Shown: positions 19,891-29,746 of the stretch, one piece after another
Numbering within the stretch: position 1 is the stretch's first letter
Layout: each line of letters begins with the position of its first letter
Origin: an uncultured Planctomycetaceae bacterium
Lineage (GTDB): Bacteria; Planctomycetota; Planctomycetia; Planctomycetales; Planctomycetaceae
Direction: 5' to 3'
Assembly (NCBI GenBank): GCA_963813715.1
Contig: CAWFAK010000007.1
Location: 512,001 to 576,000 of the forward strand
DNA length: 64,000 nucleotides
The notes under the pieces: generated by a model
Seen by the model: only the letters and a program-made list of their open reading frames with translations
Database searches by the model: none
Told to the model about the DNA's origin: nothing
Made by a program: the position numbers and the translations under genes

Positions 19891-20782
19891 TCAATCGATA
19901 TAGCGTCGCGTAATCTCGCCGTAGGCGTCGACACGGCGGTCCCGGAGGAAGGGCCAGTGCGTCCGCGCGAAGTCGAGCTGGCCCAGGTCGACGGGCACGA
20001 CGTGCGTCGCCGTCTGATCGACGGGCCCGCGCCACAGCACTTCGCCGCTCGGATCGGCGACAAAGCTCTGTCCCCAGAATTCGATGCCGTCGCCGGCAGC
20101 TCGCCGGATCCTTCTCCAAACCGGTGCGGTTGACGCTGACAACGAAGCAGCCGTTGGCGACCGCGTGCGAGCGCTGGATCAGCTCCCAGCTCTGGTGCTG
20201 ACGCCGGCCGTACTGGGCCTTCTCGGACGGGTGCCAGCCAATGGCGGTCGGATAGAAGAGGATGTCCGCCCCGCGGAGGGCCGTCAGCCGTGCCGCTTCC
20301 GGATACCACTGGTCCCAGCAGATCAACACGCCGAGCTTGGCGAACCGCGTCGGAAAGACCTGGAACCCGAGATCGCCCGGCGTGAAATAGAACTTCTCGT
20401 AGAAGAGCGGATCGTCGGGAATGTGCATCTTGCGATACTTGCCGACGAACGAGCCGTCGGCGTCGATTACGGCGGCCGTGTTGTGATAGAGCCCTTCGGC
20501 CCGCTTCTCGAACAGCCCGGCGACGATCGCCACGCCCAGTTCCCGGGCCACCCGGCCGAGCTGCTCGGTCGTCGGACCGGGGATCGGCTCGGCCAGGGCG
20601 AAAAACGCGTGGTCTTCCCGCTGGCAGAAATAAGTCGACGTGAAGAGCTCGGGGAGGCAGACGACCTGCGCCCCAGCCGCAGCGGCCACCCGAATCTGGG
20701 CGACGGCATGCGCCAGGTTCGCGGCCGGATCGGTCCCGCAGCGAAGTTGAACCAGGCCGATCGAGACGGTTTTGGCGGACAT
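19891..20782 (-). CDS. aguB: N-carbamoylputrescine amidohydrolase (nitrilase family; frameshift near 20100)
   Basis: CLPELF, YRKMHIPDDPLFYEKFYFTPGD, LICWDQWYPE, YPTAIGW, FWGQSF, WPFLRDRR. Confidence 0.9.
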
Positions 20783-20833
20783 TGTTGCGGGACCGGTTGT
20801 CTTTGGAACCGTCGTGGTCCCTTGCACGAGCGC

Positions 20834-21922
20834 CTAGCGGGCGCCGGCGTCCAGCTCCTCGAAGACGGCTTTCATCAACAGGGGCAACGCCACCGTCGCG
20901 TCGGCATAGACCTCGGCGAAGCGGCCGCCTTCCTGCGGCGGCATGAACTTGCCCCAGCTGACGCCTTCCGAGTAGGTGCAGCCGGAGAGCCCGCCCCAAT
21001 GGACAGGCTCCGGGCAGATTCGCACTCCGTATTTGAACCGCGGCGTCGGCAAGTTCGCGCCGAGCCGGGCGTTGGTGATGTCGTAGTAGGGAGCGACCTG
21101 CTGGGCCCAGTTGCGGGGCACGCCGCCGCCGATCGTGAAGATGCCCAGCGTCGAGCAGTCGCCGATCAGGCGGGCGTATTCCTGCAAGTCGAGAAACGGA
21201 TTGAACGGCGGGATGGCCTGCAGCACGGTGTGATGGTCGGCCTTGGCCGGATCGATGCCCTTCTTCGCCAGCGCCCGGTGCATGGCCCACGTCGAAACGT
21301 CGAGCCCCATTTCGCTGTCAGTGAACGCCGGAATGAAGACGGGGACGTTTTTCTCGTAGGCGCTCCGCAGCACGCCCGGGCCCCTCGGCCAGCGCGCTCA
21401 GCCGTTTGCCGAGCGCCCGGCAGATGCGGGCCGACGACCAGACGCCCCCTTCGGGCTCGGTCTGGTCCATCACCGACGCCACGAGCTGGGCCACTTCGTT
21501 GAGGTTGGCCTCCATCTCGAGCGTGTCGTAGATGCGGTTGTAGCCCTGGTCGAAGAGCTCGGTGTCGCTCTGCGTCGGGTCACACCGATAGTGCGTCAGG
21601 CCGATCGATTCGGTGAGGCCGTGGGCCATGAGGGCCCCGGTGGCGATCACCGCGTGGACGAGGCCGCGCTCGATCAGGTCGCAGAAGATGCGGCCCTGCT
21701 TGGCGACCGTCATCGCGCCGGAGATGGTGACGACCACGCGACACGACGGATCGCGGGCCATCTCCATAAAAATGTCAAAAGCTTCACCGAGTTGGCGGCC
21801 GGAGAATGCCGTTTTGGACATCGGCGCAGGAGATCGCGGAAGGAGGCGATTCCGTCGAGAGAAAGACTCTCCAACGGTTCAAGACCGTCCTCACGCCCGT
21901 CGTGGAGCGAACGATTATCCAT
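20834..21922 (-). CDS. Deoxyhypusine synthase-like protein, probable homospermidine synthase (frameshifts near 21375 and 21825)
   Basis: TAFSGRQLGEA, TISGAMT, ATGALMAH, GYNRIYD, PAFTDSE, IGGGVPRNWAQQ, GGLSGCTYSEGVSWGK, DATVALP. Confidence 0.88.
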
Positions 21923-21951
21923 GGCAGCCGCCAACCCGAGAGCAGTCTGGG

Positions 21952-22351
21952 TTATGTCGAAGTAGCCACTGGTTCTTCTTCCAGTGCGCTCTCCGTTTGC
22001 GGTTCCAGGATAAAACGAGGCATCTGGCGGATGGAAACGTCACCCAGCCCGATTTCCTCGCGGATGTAGGCCAGGACATCTCGCGGATTGGTTCTTCCGC
22101 ACGTAAAGACGTCCAGTGCGACCAGCCCCAGATCGGCATAGGTGTGGCAGGAACAGTGGCTCTCGTCGAGAACCACGACTGCCGTAAAGCCGGGGGGAGA
22201 ATTGTGCCCGAATTGATACCGAACCTGAGAGATCACGTTGGCGCCGGCGCGCAGCGCCTCGGGCCATGGCGGCCAACATTGCTCCGTCATCTAGACAAAC
22301 GTCACGAGAGACGTTACGGCAGTCCACCAGAAGATGTTTGCCCTTTTCCAA
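21952..22351 (-). CDS. speD: Pyruvoyl-dependent decarboxylase of the SpeD (AdoMetDC) family (frameshift near 22265)
   Basis: GKHLLVDC, GFTAVVVLDESHCSCHTY (ESH self-cleavage motif), DVFTCG; TTG start after GGAGG. Substrate uncertain. Confidence 0.85.
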
Positions 22352-22676
22352 TTCATAAACCCTCCCAAGACGCGTAGGCGACTTCACGCACCTCCCCACC
22401 CAACGCCATTTGGTCAAGACGACGCAGAGCAAAGAGGCCGCAGATCGGCACAGCGCCGATCCTGCCGATGGATAAAGATCGAATAATTTATGACGCAATC
22501 TCCAGATGAATCAAGACATATTTATCGTGTGGGCAAAAAAAAATTGGAGAACGGGAAACTTCGCGGCCTCGAAGATGCTCCGCAAGGCTCTGAGCGGCGC
22601 CGCGGCGCGCGGAAGAAGAGGCTCGTTCGAGGCGCCTCGCAGCGACGCAGAGCACCGGCGCAGCATCCGGGAACGG

Positions 22677-23708
22677 TCACACGCTGAAGCGCACGACGAT
22701 CTCGTCGCCGTCGCGCATCACGTACTCTTTCCCTTCGACGTGCTGCAGCCCCGCCGCCTTCACTTCGCGCTCCGAGCCGAGTCGCAGCAGATCGTCAACT
22801 GCCATGATTTCGGCCCGAATAAAGCCTCTGGCGAGATCCGTGTGAATTGTTCCGGCTGCGTCGAGAGCCGATCCGCCGCGGTGCAGGAGCCAGGCGTGGA
22901 CCTCTTTTTCATCACTCGTATAGAAGGTGATTTGGTCGGTCACTTGGAAGAGTGCCTGCAAAACTTTCGTCGCGCAGGGCTCGCCGAGCCCCATCTCGCG
23001 GGCGAACGTCTCGCGGTCCTCCGGCGGAAGCTGCTGAACTTCCAGCTCCAGACCGACCGGAGCCGACACGCAGCGCTGTCCACCGGCCTCGATCTGCTTC
23101 ACCAGTGCCTCGTCGACCGCTCCGTCGGCCGTGTTGAGCAGCACGAGCCGCCCTTTGCGGGTCAAAAGCGAGAACGATTTGGTGGCTTTGTCCTGCAACT
23201 CGCTGAATTCGAGGCCCGCGACTGACTCGCCCGCCTCCAGTTTGGCCGCGATTGGCTCCAGAGCGGCAATTTCTGCCTGTAATTGTTCCCGATCGGGCCG
23301 CGGCTTGGTCAAATCCTTGCGCAACCGCCCCAACCGGTTCGAGACGACCTGCAAATCGGCCAAAACCAAATCGTCATGAAAGGCCTGGACGTCGGCGAGC
23401 GGGTCGGCGCCGCTAAAGGAGCCGACAATCTGCACGAGGGCGGCCGATTCGCGAATCACTCCGAGGCGAGCCCCGTTCGAATCGTGGTCCTTGCGATCGA
23501 GGCCCGGCGTGTCGAAGAGCTCGATCCGCGCGGGCGACACCTTTTTCGGCTTGTAGAGACCGACCAGCCCGTCGAACCGCGCGTCGTGAACCACGGCGGT
23601 CCCCAGCTGGCCCAGGTGAGCCTTGGCCGGGTCCGGTTTCACCCCCGTCAACAACTCGAAGAGGGCACTTTTCCCAGATCCCTGGTAACCGACCAATCCC
23701 AGTTTCAT
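22677..23708 (-). CDS. YchF-related Obg-family NTPase (DUF933/TGS C-terminus), divergent
   Basis: GYQGSGKS P-loop, DTPG, C-terminal AAGTIHTDLARGFIRAE..EGKEYVMRDGD; lacks the canonical ANYPF motif. Confidence 0.85.
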   Translation of the reverse strand: MKLGLVGYQGSGKSALFELLTGVKPDPAKAHLGQLGTAVVHDARFDGLVGLYKPKKVSPARIELFDTPGLDRKDHDSNGARLGVIRESAALVQIVGSFSGADPLADVQAFHDDLVLADLQVVSNRLGRLRKDLTKPRPDREQLQAEIAALEPIAAKLEAGESVAGLEFSELQDKATKSFSLLTRKGRLVLLNTADGAVDEALVKQIEAGGQRCVSAPVGLELEVQQLPPEDRETFAREMGLGEPCATKVLQALFQVTDQITFYTSDEKEVHAWLLHRGGSALDAAGTIHTDLARGFIRAEIMAVDDLLRLGSEREVKAAGLQHVEGKEYVMRDGDEIVVRFSV

Positions 23709-23782
23709 GACTTCGACCTTATGTCCCGGGCGCCCGTGCGGCTTTTCCCGGTTGGTAGGCGGTTCAGCCCTTCGAGCCGGCG

Positions 23783-24178
23783 TCAGCCGTGCATCGACTC
23801 GGGTCCGACCGCTTCAAATGCGTTGACATAGTGCGTTAGCTGCGGCTCCCGTGCCCCTTCGGGCCAGAGGATGGCCACGACGTCGAAGCGGCAGCGGCGA
23901 TTCCAGAGCTTCTTTTGCTTGAGGTACGACAGGGCGGCGCGGGTCACTCGGGCTTGCTTCTCCACGGTGACCGACTCGGCGGGATGGCCGGCGTCGATCG
24001 ACTGCCGGGTCCGCACCTCGACGAACACGATCGTCTCGCCGTCCATCGCGATCAGGTCGATCTCGCCGACCCGATTGGCGACTCCCCGGCCGATAATCCG
24101 CAGCCCCTTCTTCTTGAGAAAGGCCGCGGCTCGGGCCTCCCCTTTCCTGCCGAGCAGTCCTCGCAGCCAGCTTTTCAT
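23783..24178 (-). CDS. yraN: YraN family (UPF0102) protein
   Basis: GRKGEARAA, GEIDLIA, IVFVEVRTR, RFDVVAI. Confidence 0.92.
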   Translation of the reverse strand: MKSWLRGLLGRKGEARAAAFLKKKGLRIIGRGVANRVGEIDLIAMDGETIVFVEVRTRQSIDAGHPAESVTVEKQARVTRAALSYLKQKKLWNRRCRFDVVAILWPEGAREPQLTHYVNAFEAVGPESMHG

Positions 24179-24287
24179 GCCAGCTCCTTCGGCAGCAGAC
24201 GAGGGTCGGTGGCGAATCGCGGGTGAAGGTTACGGCTGGGCGACGTCCAACCAGGAGGTCCGCCAGCCGCAGATGGTCCACCGGCGA

Positions 24288-24659
24288 TTATTCGGCGGCC
24301 GACTCGTCCTGCTTTTCGCGTCGCTCGGTGAGGCGGGTCGACTTGCCGACCCGCTTTTGCAAGTAGTAGAGCTTGGCGCGGCGGACGCGACCGTGACGCT
24401 TCACGTCGAGCTTGGCGATTTTTGGCGAGTGGACCGGGAAGCTCCGCTCGACGCCTTCGCCGGCGACGATTCGCCGCACGGTGAACATTTCGGTCATGCC
24501 CCGACCGCGACGGGCCGTGACGACGCCGGTATAGATCTGGATCCGCTCTTTGCCGCCCTCGAGGATCCGGGTGTGGACGTCGACCGTGTCACCAATCTGA
24601 AACTCCAGCGGCGCCTGCCGCAGACTGGAGGCTTCTGCAGCCTGAAGTAGCTTGTGCAT
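24288..24659 (-). CDS. rplS: 50S ribosomal protein L19
   Basis: GDTVDVH, KERIQ, FTVRRI..GEGVER, GRVRRAKLYYL. Confidence 0.97.
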   Translation of the reverse strand: MHKLLQAAEASSLRQAPLEFQIGDTVDVHTRILEGGKERIQIYTGVVTARRGRGMTEMFTVRRIVAGEGVERSFPVHSPKIAKLDVKRHGRVRRAKLYYLQKRVGKSTRLTERREKQDESAAE

Positions 24660-24725
24660 GACTCAACTTTCCTTGGAAGGCGACCGCGAGAGGAGGTACT
24701 TGAATAAGCGAAAAACGGCCCGGCG

Positions 24726-25469
24726 TCAACCTTTGCCGCAGCACGGACCGTTGACTTTGGAACTGGATTTTGACATCGGCGGAGCGGCCGGATTGGGCAC
24801 CGGGCCGCGGACTTCTTCGGTACGGCGGAGGCTCTGCTCCGCCTGCCAGCGGGAGATCTCCTCGTGGTTGCCGCTCAGCAAGACCGGCGGCACTTCCATC
24901 CCCCGAAACTCGCGCGGCCGGGTGTACTGGGGATGCTCGAGCAGCCCGGCATCGACGAACGAATCGTATTTGCAGCTGGTTTCGTCCCCGAGGACGCCCG
25001 GCACGTGGCGGATGACCGTGTCGATCACCAGCATCGCCGGCACCTCGCCCCCGTTGGTGACGAAGTCGCCCACGGAGATTTCCAAGGGCGCCAGCCCAGT
25101 CCGGATCCGGTCGTCGAACCCCTCGTACCGCCCGCACAACAGGAGCAGCCGGTCGTGGGCCGCCAGCTCGGTGACCAATTCGTGGTCGAGGCGGCGGCCC
25201 TGCGGAGTCAGCATCACCAGCCGGCCCGGGCTCGGTCCTTCCGCCTGCACGGCACTCACACAGTCAAATACCGGCTGACAGCAGATCAGCATCCCCGGAC
25301 CGCCGCCGAACGGGCGGTCGTCAACTTTTTGATGCTTGTCCTCGGTGTAGTCCCGAATGTTCCACAGCCGCACGTCGACCAGTCCGCGCTCGATCGCCAG
25401 CTTCAGCAGGCTTTGCTGCAGGTAGCCGTCGAAGATGCCGGGAAAGAGCGTAAGGACGTCGAAACGCAT
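24726..25469 (-). CDS. trmD: tRNA (guanine37-N1)-methyltransferase
   Basis: MRFDVLTLFP, VDDRPFGGGPGM, CGRYEGFD, SVGDFVTNGGE, LEHPQYTRP. Confidence 0.97.
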   Translation of the reverse strand: MRFDVLTLFPGIFDGYLQQSLLKLAIERGLVDVRLWNIRDYTEDKHQKVDDRPFGGGPGMLICCQPVFDCVSAVQAEGPSPGRLVMLTPQGRRLDHELVTELAAHDRLLLLCGRYEGFDDRIRTGLAPLEISVGDFVTNGGEVPAMLVIDTVIRHVPGVLGDETSCKYDSFVDAGLLEHPQYTRPREFRGMEVPPVLLSGNHEEISRWQAEQSLRRTEEVRGPVPNPAAPPMSKSSSKVNGPCCGKG

Positions 25470-25479
25470 GGCTGGGGGA

Positions 25480-25600
25480 AATGACCTAATGACGAAGCAC
25501 GAATGACGAATGAGGACACTAAGCACGAAGTCCGAATCTGTCTTTCATTCGGGCTTAGATCATTCGGACATTCTTTCGTCATTCGGGCCTTCGTGCTTTT
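25480..25600. repeat. CGAATGA-type imperfect palindromic element between rpsP and trmD
   Basis: AATGACGAAGCACGAATGACGAATGA ... TCATTCGGACATTCTTTCGTCATTCGGGCCTTCGTGCTT; 25552-25585 is the inverted copy of 26059-26092. Confidence 0.7.
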
Positions 25601-25629
25601 AAGTTCTGTTTCTATTGATCCCTGACCGA

Positions 25630-25983
25630 CTATTCGGCAGCGGTCTCAGCCGGCGCCTCTGCGGCGGCCTCGGTCTGTTTCGGCGGTCGCGCCTTGGGAG
25701 CGGCCATCGGCGGCGGAGCGGCCGCTTCGCCGAATCGGTTCGTGCGGACCTTCTTGATCAGAGCGGCGACGTTGACGCTGGGCTGGGCGCCGACGCCGAG
25801 CCAGTAGTCGATCCGCTCCATGTCCATCTTCACGCGGTCCTTCTTGATCCGCACCATCGGGTCGTAGAAGCCGACCTCCTCGATCGCCTTGCCGTCGCGG
25901 GGCGAGCGCGAGTCCATGATGCAGATCCGATAGAACGGTCGATGCTTGCGGCCCATCCGCTTCATCCGAATTTTGACTGCCAC
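25630..25983 (-). CDS. rpsP: 30S ribosomal protein S16
   Basis: MAVKIRMKRMGRKHRPFYRI..DSRSPRDG..GFYDP..WLGVGAQPS. Confidence 0.97.
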   Translation of the reverse strand: MAVKIRMKRMGRKHRPFYRICIMDSRSPRDGKAIEEVGFYDPMVRIKKDRVKMDMERIDYWLGVGAQPSVNVAALIKKVRTNRFGEAAAPPPMAAPKARPPKQTEAAAEAPAETAAE

Positions 25984-26044
25984 GCAAAACTCCTGGGTTT
26001 GTTTGAGACTGTTTTTTGTTGTTGTCAGCTTATCCAGTTATTCG

Positions 26045-26121
26045 TGAAGCTCGAAGCTCGAATGACGAAAGAATGTCCCAATGACCCAAGCCTGAGGCAG
26101 AGATGACATCATTCGCGCTTC
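26045..26121. repeat. CGAATGA-type element between ffh and rpsP
   Basis: GAAGCTCGAATGACGAAAGAATGTCCCAATGACCCAAGCC...CATCATTCGCGCTTC. Confidence 0.7.
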
Positions 26122-26123
26122 GG

Positions 26124-27602
26124 CTATCGGTTTCTCTTCCGCGCTTTTCGCGAATCCTTGCGTTGTTTTTTCTTCTTCTCGCGGGCCTTGGCCGAATCGA
26201 GCGGGCCACGCTTGCTGCGTTGTTTATCTTTGGCGAACTGGGCATTCGGGTCCATCATGCCACCGTCGGCCAGTTCGCGAACCGCACGGAGACGGTCTTT
26301 TAACCCCATGCCGGCCATCTGCTGCATCATGCCCGCCATGCCTTGGAACTGCTTGATGAGCTGATGCACATCGGATGCCTCGGTCCCGCTGCCGGTGGCG
26401 ATGCGGTTGCGGCGGCTGCGGTCGATGCGATCGGGGTTGCGGCGTTCGTCGGGCGTCATCGAGTTGATCATCGCCTCGATGCGGTTGATTTCGGCCTCGG
26501 GGTCGACGTCGGGATTCGAGTCGAGCATGCCGCCCAAGCCCGGGATCATCCCGAGAATTTGCTTCATCGGGCCCATGCGCTTGATTTGCTTGAACTGATC
26601 GCGGAAGTCTTCCAGCGTGAATTTGCCCTTCCGCATCAGCTCTTGCTGACGGGCCATGTCGTCGGCGTCGAATTCGCGCTGGGCCTTTTCCAGCAGGGTC
26701 GCCAGATCGCCGCCGCCCAGGATGCGGCTGGCCATCCGCTCGGGATGGAATTCTTCGAGCCGATCGAGCTGCTCGCCGACGCCGATATATTTAATCGGGA
26801 CGCCGGTGACCGCCTTCACGCTGAGAGCCGCCCCGCCCCGCGTATCGCCGTCGAGCTTGGTGAGGATCACACCGTCGAGTTCGAGCGCGTCGTTGAAGGC
26901 TTTGGCACTGCGGACGGCGTCCTGACCGGTCATCGAGTCGCAGACCAGAAGCGCCTGGTCCGGACCGACCTTGCTGTCGATCAGCTCGAGCTCCCGCATC
27001 AGATCGTCGTCGACGTGCAACCGGCCGGCCGTGTCGAGGATGATCACCTTCACGTTGCCGCGTTTTTTTGCGTCGGCGACGGCGTTGCGGCAGACTTGCA
27101 GCGGGCTGCTCTTGGCCGGGTCTTCGCTGTAGACCGGCACACCAATCTGCTCGCCGATGATCTTGAGCTGCTCGATGGCCGCCGGACGTTGGAGGTCGGC
27201 GGCGACGAGCATGGGCTGCACGCCTTGCTCGCGGAGCATCTTGGCGAGCTTGCCGCACGTCGTGGTTTTGCCGCTTCCCTGCAAGCCGCACATCATCAGG
27301 ATCGAGATGCCGTCGCGCTTGATCTGCAGCGAGTGATCGACAGGCCCCATCAGATTGACGAGCTCGTTGTAGACGATGCCGACAATCTGCTCGCTCGGCC
27401 GCAGCGACTTGAGCACCTGCTCGCCGACGGCCTGGTCGGTCACGCGCTTGATGAAGTCCTGTGCGACCTCATAGTTGACGTCCGCTTCGAGCAGGGCCTG
27501 GCGGACTTGGCGCAGCCCCTCGCGGATGTTGGCGTCGGTCAGCCGACCGCGATCGATCAGCGAGAGCGCCCCGCGAATGCTGTCTGTAATGGCCTCAAAC
27601 AT
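26124..27602 (-). CDS. ffh: Signal recognition particle protein
   Basis: [42 protein letters not shown] domain SMTPDER. Confidence 0.97.
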   Translation of the reverse strand: MFEAITDSIRGALSLIDRGRLTDANIREGLRQVRQALLEADVNYEVAQDFIKRVTDQAVGEQVLKSLRPSEQIVGIVYNELVNLMGPVDHSLQIKRDGISILMMCGLQGSGKTTTCGKLAKMLREQGVQPMLVAADLQRPAAIEQLKIIGEQIGVPVYSEDPAKSSPLQVCRNAVADAKKRGNVKVIILDTAGRLHVDDDLMRELELIDSKVGPDQALLVCDSMTGQDAVRSAKAFNDALELDGVILTKLDGDTRGGAALSVKAVTGVPIKYIGVGEQLDRLEEFHPERMASRILGGGDLATLLEKAQREFDADDMARQQELMRKGKFTLEDFRDQFKQIKRMGPMKQILGMIPGLGGMLDSNPDVDPEAEINRIEAMINSMTPDERRNPDRIDRSRRNRIATGSGTEASDVHQLIKQFQGMAGMMQQMAGMGLKDRLRAVRELADGGMMDPNAQFAKDKQRSKRGPLDSAKAREKKKKQRKDSRKARKRNR

Positions 27603-27838
27603 CGCCCGTCACCGTCCCCGCTGACCGTTTCGCTGCGCGCACGTTCCCTCACTCGGCCTCGCGCGAACCAGACATTTTAGGAGCCGAGCGAGGGCTTTAC
27701 AACGTAATCGGGTCGCCCAATCCGCCCCGAAATCTCGCAATTCGCAGACGGTGCCGCGCTGGCCGGATCCAGCCGGATCGACGTGGCGGCACATGATTTG
27801 CGTCACGATAGGGATCCCGAACCACGCGGAGCCCGTCC

Positions 27839-28459
27839 TTGGTCCCCAATCGCCAGAAGCAGGGAATCTCGTTTGCGGAACGTAATGTCGAAGCGATTGC
27901 GCGGATGGAGCACGAGCTGGAGGTCCAACGGACATTCGGCGAGCGCGTGGCCGACGGGTTCGCCGCTGTGGTCGGCAGCTGGCCCTTCATTATTGTGCAA
28001 AGCCTGCTGCTGGGGGCGTGGGTGCTCCTGAATGTCTGCCTGGTCGTCTTTCGCTGGGATCCCTACCCGTTCATCCTGCTGAACTTGGTGTTGTCGTTTC
28101 AGGCGGCCTACGCCAGCCCCATCATCATGATGAGCCAAAACCGGCAGTCGAAGATCGCCGACCGCCGCAACCAGCTCGACCTGCAAATCAACCTCCTGGC
28201 GGAGCAAGAAAGCACGGAAACCTTGCGGCTGTTGCGGAAGCTCTGCGAGCACGCGGGCGTCGATATGACGGGCGAGCACCGAGAACGCGGGCTCGAGCGA
28301 CGCACACATCCGGAAGACGTGGTCAACCTGCTGGAAAAAGCAGTCAAGCACCCGCCCCGAGAACTAAGCGCGCTGCCGCCACGGTCCTCGGCGGCGTTCG
28401 ACTGCCCCCGCGAGCCGCCACTGCGAAGGGCTCGACATGAAGCATTTCAAAACCGGTAG
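27839..28459 (+). CDS. DUF1003 membrane protein
   Basis: ERVADGFAAVVGSWPF, WDPYPFILLNLVLSFQAAYASPIIMMSQNRQ, DLQINLLAEQE. Confidence 0.9.
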   Translation: MVPNRQKQGISFAERNVEAIARMEHELEVQRTFGERVADGFAAVVGSWPFIIVQSLLLGAWVLLNVCLVVFRWDPYPFILLNLVLSFQAAYASPIIMMSQNRQSKIADRRNQLDLQINLLAEQESTETLRLLRKLCEHAGVDMTGEHRERGLERRTHPEDVVNLLEKAVKHPPRELSALPPRSSAAFDCPREPPLRRARHEAFQNR

Positions 28460-28793
28460 TCAGCGCGGCAGCTTCGACGTCGTGACCTCCACTCGCTTGG
28501 CCCAAGCCGCCAAAATGACGTTGCGGGCCGGAGCCGCCAGCGACTCGCACCCCAGCAACGAGCATCCCCACTCGGAGCAATGGCTCTTTGTGCTCTCCGG
28601 AACGGGGGAAGCGATCATCCATGACCGCTCGGGCAAGAGGCGGCGGACGAAGTTGCAGCCCAATTCGCTTCTGGTGATCGAGCGGGGCGAACGCCACCAG
28701 ATCAAGAACACGGGCCGCCGCCAGCTGGCGACTCTCAATATCTATCGCCCCCCCGGCCTACACCGCGGACGGGGAACTCGGGACGAGGCCTGA
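28437..28793 (+). CDS. Cupin domain protein
   Basis: NEHPHSEQWLFVLSGTG and IERGERHQIKNTG cupin motifs. Confidence 0.85.
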   Translation: MKHFKTGSQRGSFDVVTSTRLAQAAKMTLRAGAASDSHPSNEHPHSEQWLFVLSGTGEAIIHDRSGKRRRTKLQPNSLLVIERGERHQIKNTGRRQLATLNIYRPPGLHRGRGTRDEA

Positions 28794-28961
28794 AGGTCGC
28801 TCGCCGCGAGAGCGACGCGGCGGGCCGGCCGACTCTACCGGCAGAGATGCGGAGACCTCTGCGATTCGCCGTCTTCCGCGTGCCGGATCCGGTTGCAGCC
28901 CCCGGCGCCAGTCGCTATCCTTGTCCGTTTCTCCAAAACTCAGCAATTTGAGGCGGATCCG

Positions 28962-29639
28962 ATGGCGGTCGAAATGAAATTGGCGGTGGCCAAACGCTCG
29001 GTCAAGGGATCGACGGCTTGCCGGCGCCTGCGGCGAGCGGGACGCATTCCGGGAGTCGTTTACGGACACGCGATCGATCCGCAAGACATCGAAATCTCCT
29101 GGGAGACGCTCGCCCCTGTGCTCAAGGCGGGAACCCGCGTAGTCGATTTGGACGTCGAAGGTCACGTTGAAAAGGCCATGTTCCGCGACATCCAGTGGGA
29201 CACCTTCGGCTCCGAGGTCAACCACGTCGACTTCCTCCGTATCGACCCGAACGACCGCGTCGAAGTCGAAGTTCCCATCGTGCTCAAAGGAACGGCTCCC
29301 GGCACACTGGCCGGCGGCGTTCTGGACTTCCACTTGCACAGCGTGACGATCGAGTGCCTGGCGATCGCGATTCCCGACAATATTTCGGTCAAAATCGGCG
29401 ATCTGCAGATCGAGCAGGCGATCCACGTCCGCGAGCTCGAACTTCCCGCCAACAGCGTGGTGAAGAACGACCCGGAAACGGTCGTGGTCCAAGTCAAGCA
29501 CATCGTCGAGGTCGAGGCGACGGTGGGCGAAGCCGGGGCCGAACCGGGTCCAACCCAGCCGGAAATTGTCGGACGCAAGGTCAAGGAGACCGACGAGGAA
29601 GAAGCGGCCGAAGGGGACAAGGGGAAAGAGAAGAAGTAG
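28962..29639 (+). CDS. rplY: 50S ribosomal protein L25/Ctc
   Basis: RRLRRAGRIPGVVYGH, HVDFLRI, acidic tail. Confidence 0.95.
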   Translation: MAVEMKLAVAKRSVKGSTACRRLRRAGRIPGVVYGHAIDPQDIEISWETLAPVLKAGTRVVDLDVEGHVEKAMFRDIQWDTFGSEVNHVDFLRIDPNDRVEVEVPIVLKGTAPGTLAGGVLDFHLHSVTIECLAIAIPDNISVKIGDLQIEQAIHVRELELPANSVVKNDPETVVVQVKHIVEVEATVGEAGAEPGPTQPEIVGRKVKETDEEEAAEGDKGKEKK

Positions 29640-29746
29640 TCTCTGGCTCCGGCGGTTTCCGTTGGACTTCGAGGCGCAGCTGGCGGTCGCCTTGGCTTCG
29701 TCGGGGCGACCCCGTCCGATTCGCCGCCTGATTCGTCGGTAAGTCG

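Noticed and set aside
19436..21290. Long ORFs suggesting AguB/AguA or DHS fusions
   Set aside because: Read-through caused by frameshifts or off-frame shadows; each gene has its own terminus in another frame.
20834..21922. DHS-like gene as evidence of EF-P/eIF5A hypusination
   Set aside because: No efp nearby; the polyamine-gene context favours homospermidine synthesis.
22380..22480. Riboswitch upstream of the polyamine operon
   Set aside because: Only one hairpin (GATCGGC-N5-GCCGATC) and no recognisable aptamer consensus; needs an Rfam scan.
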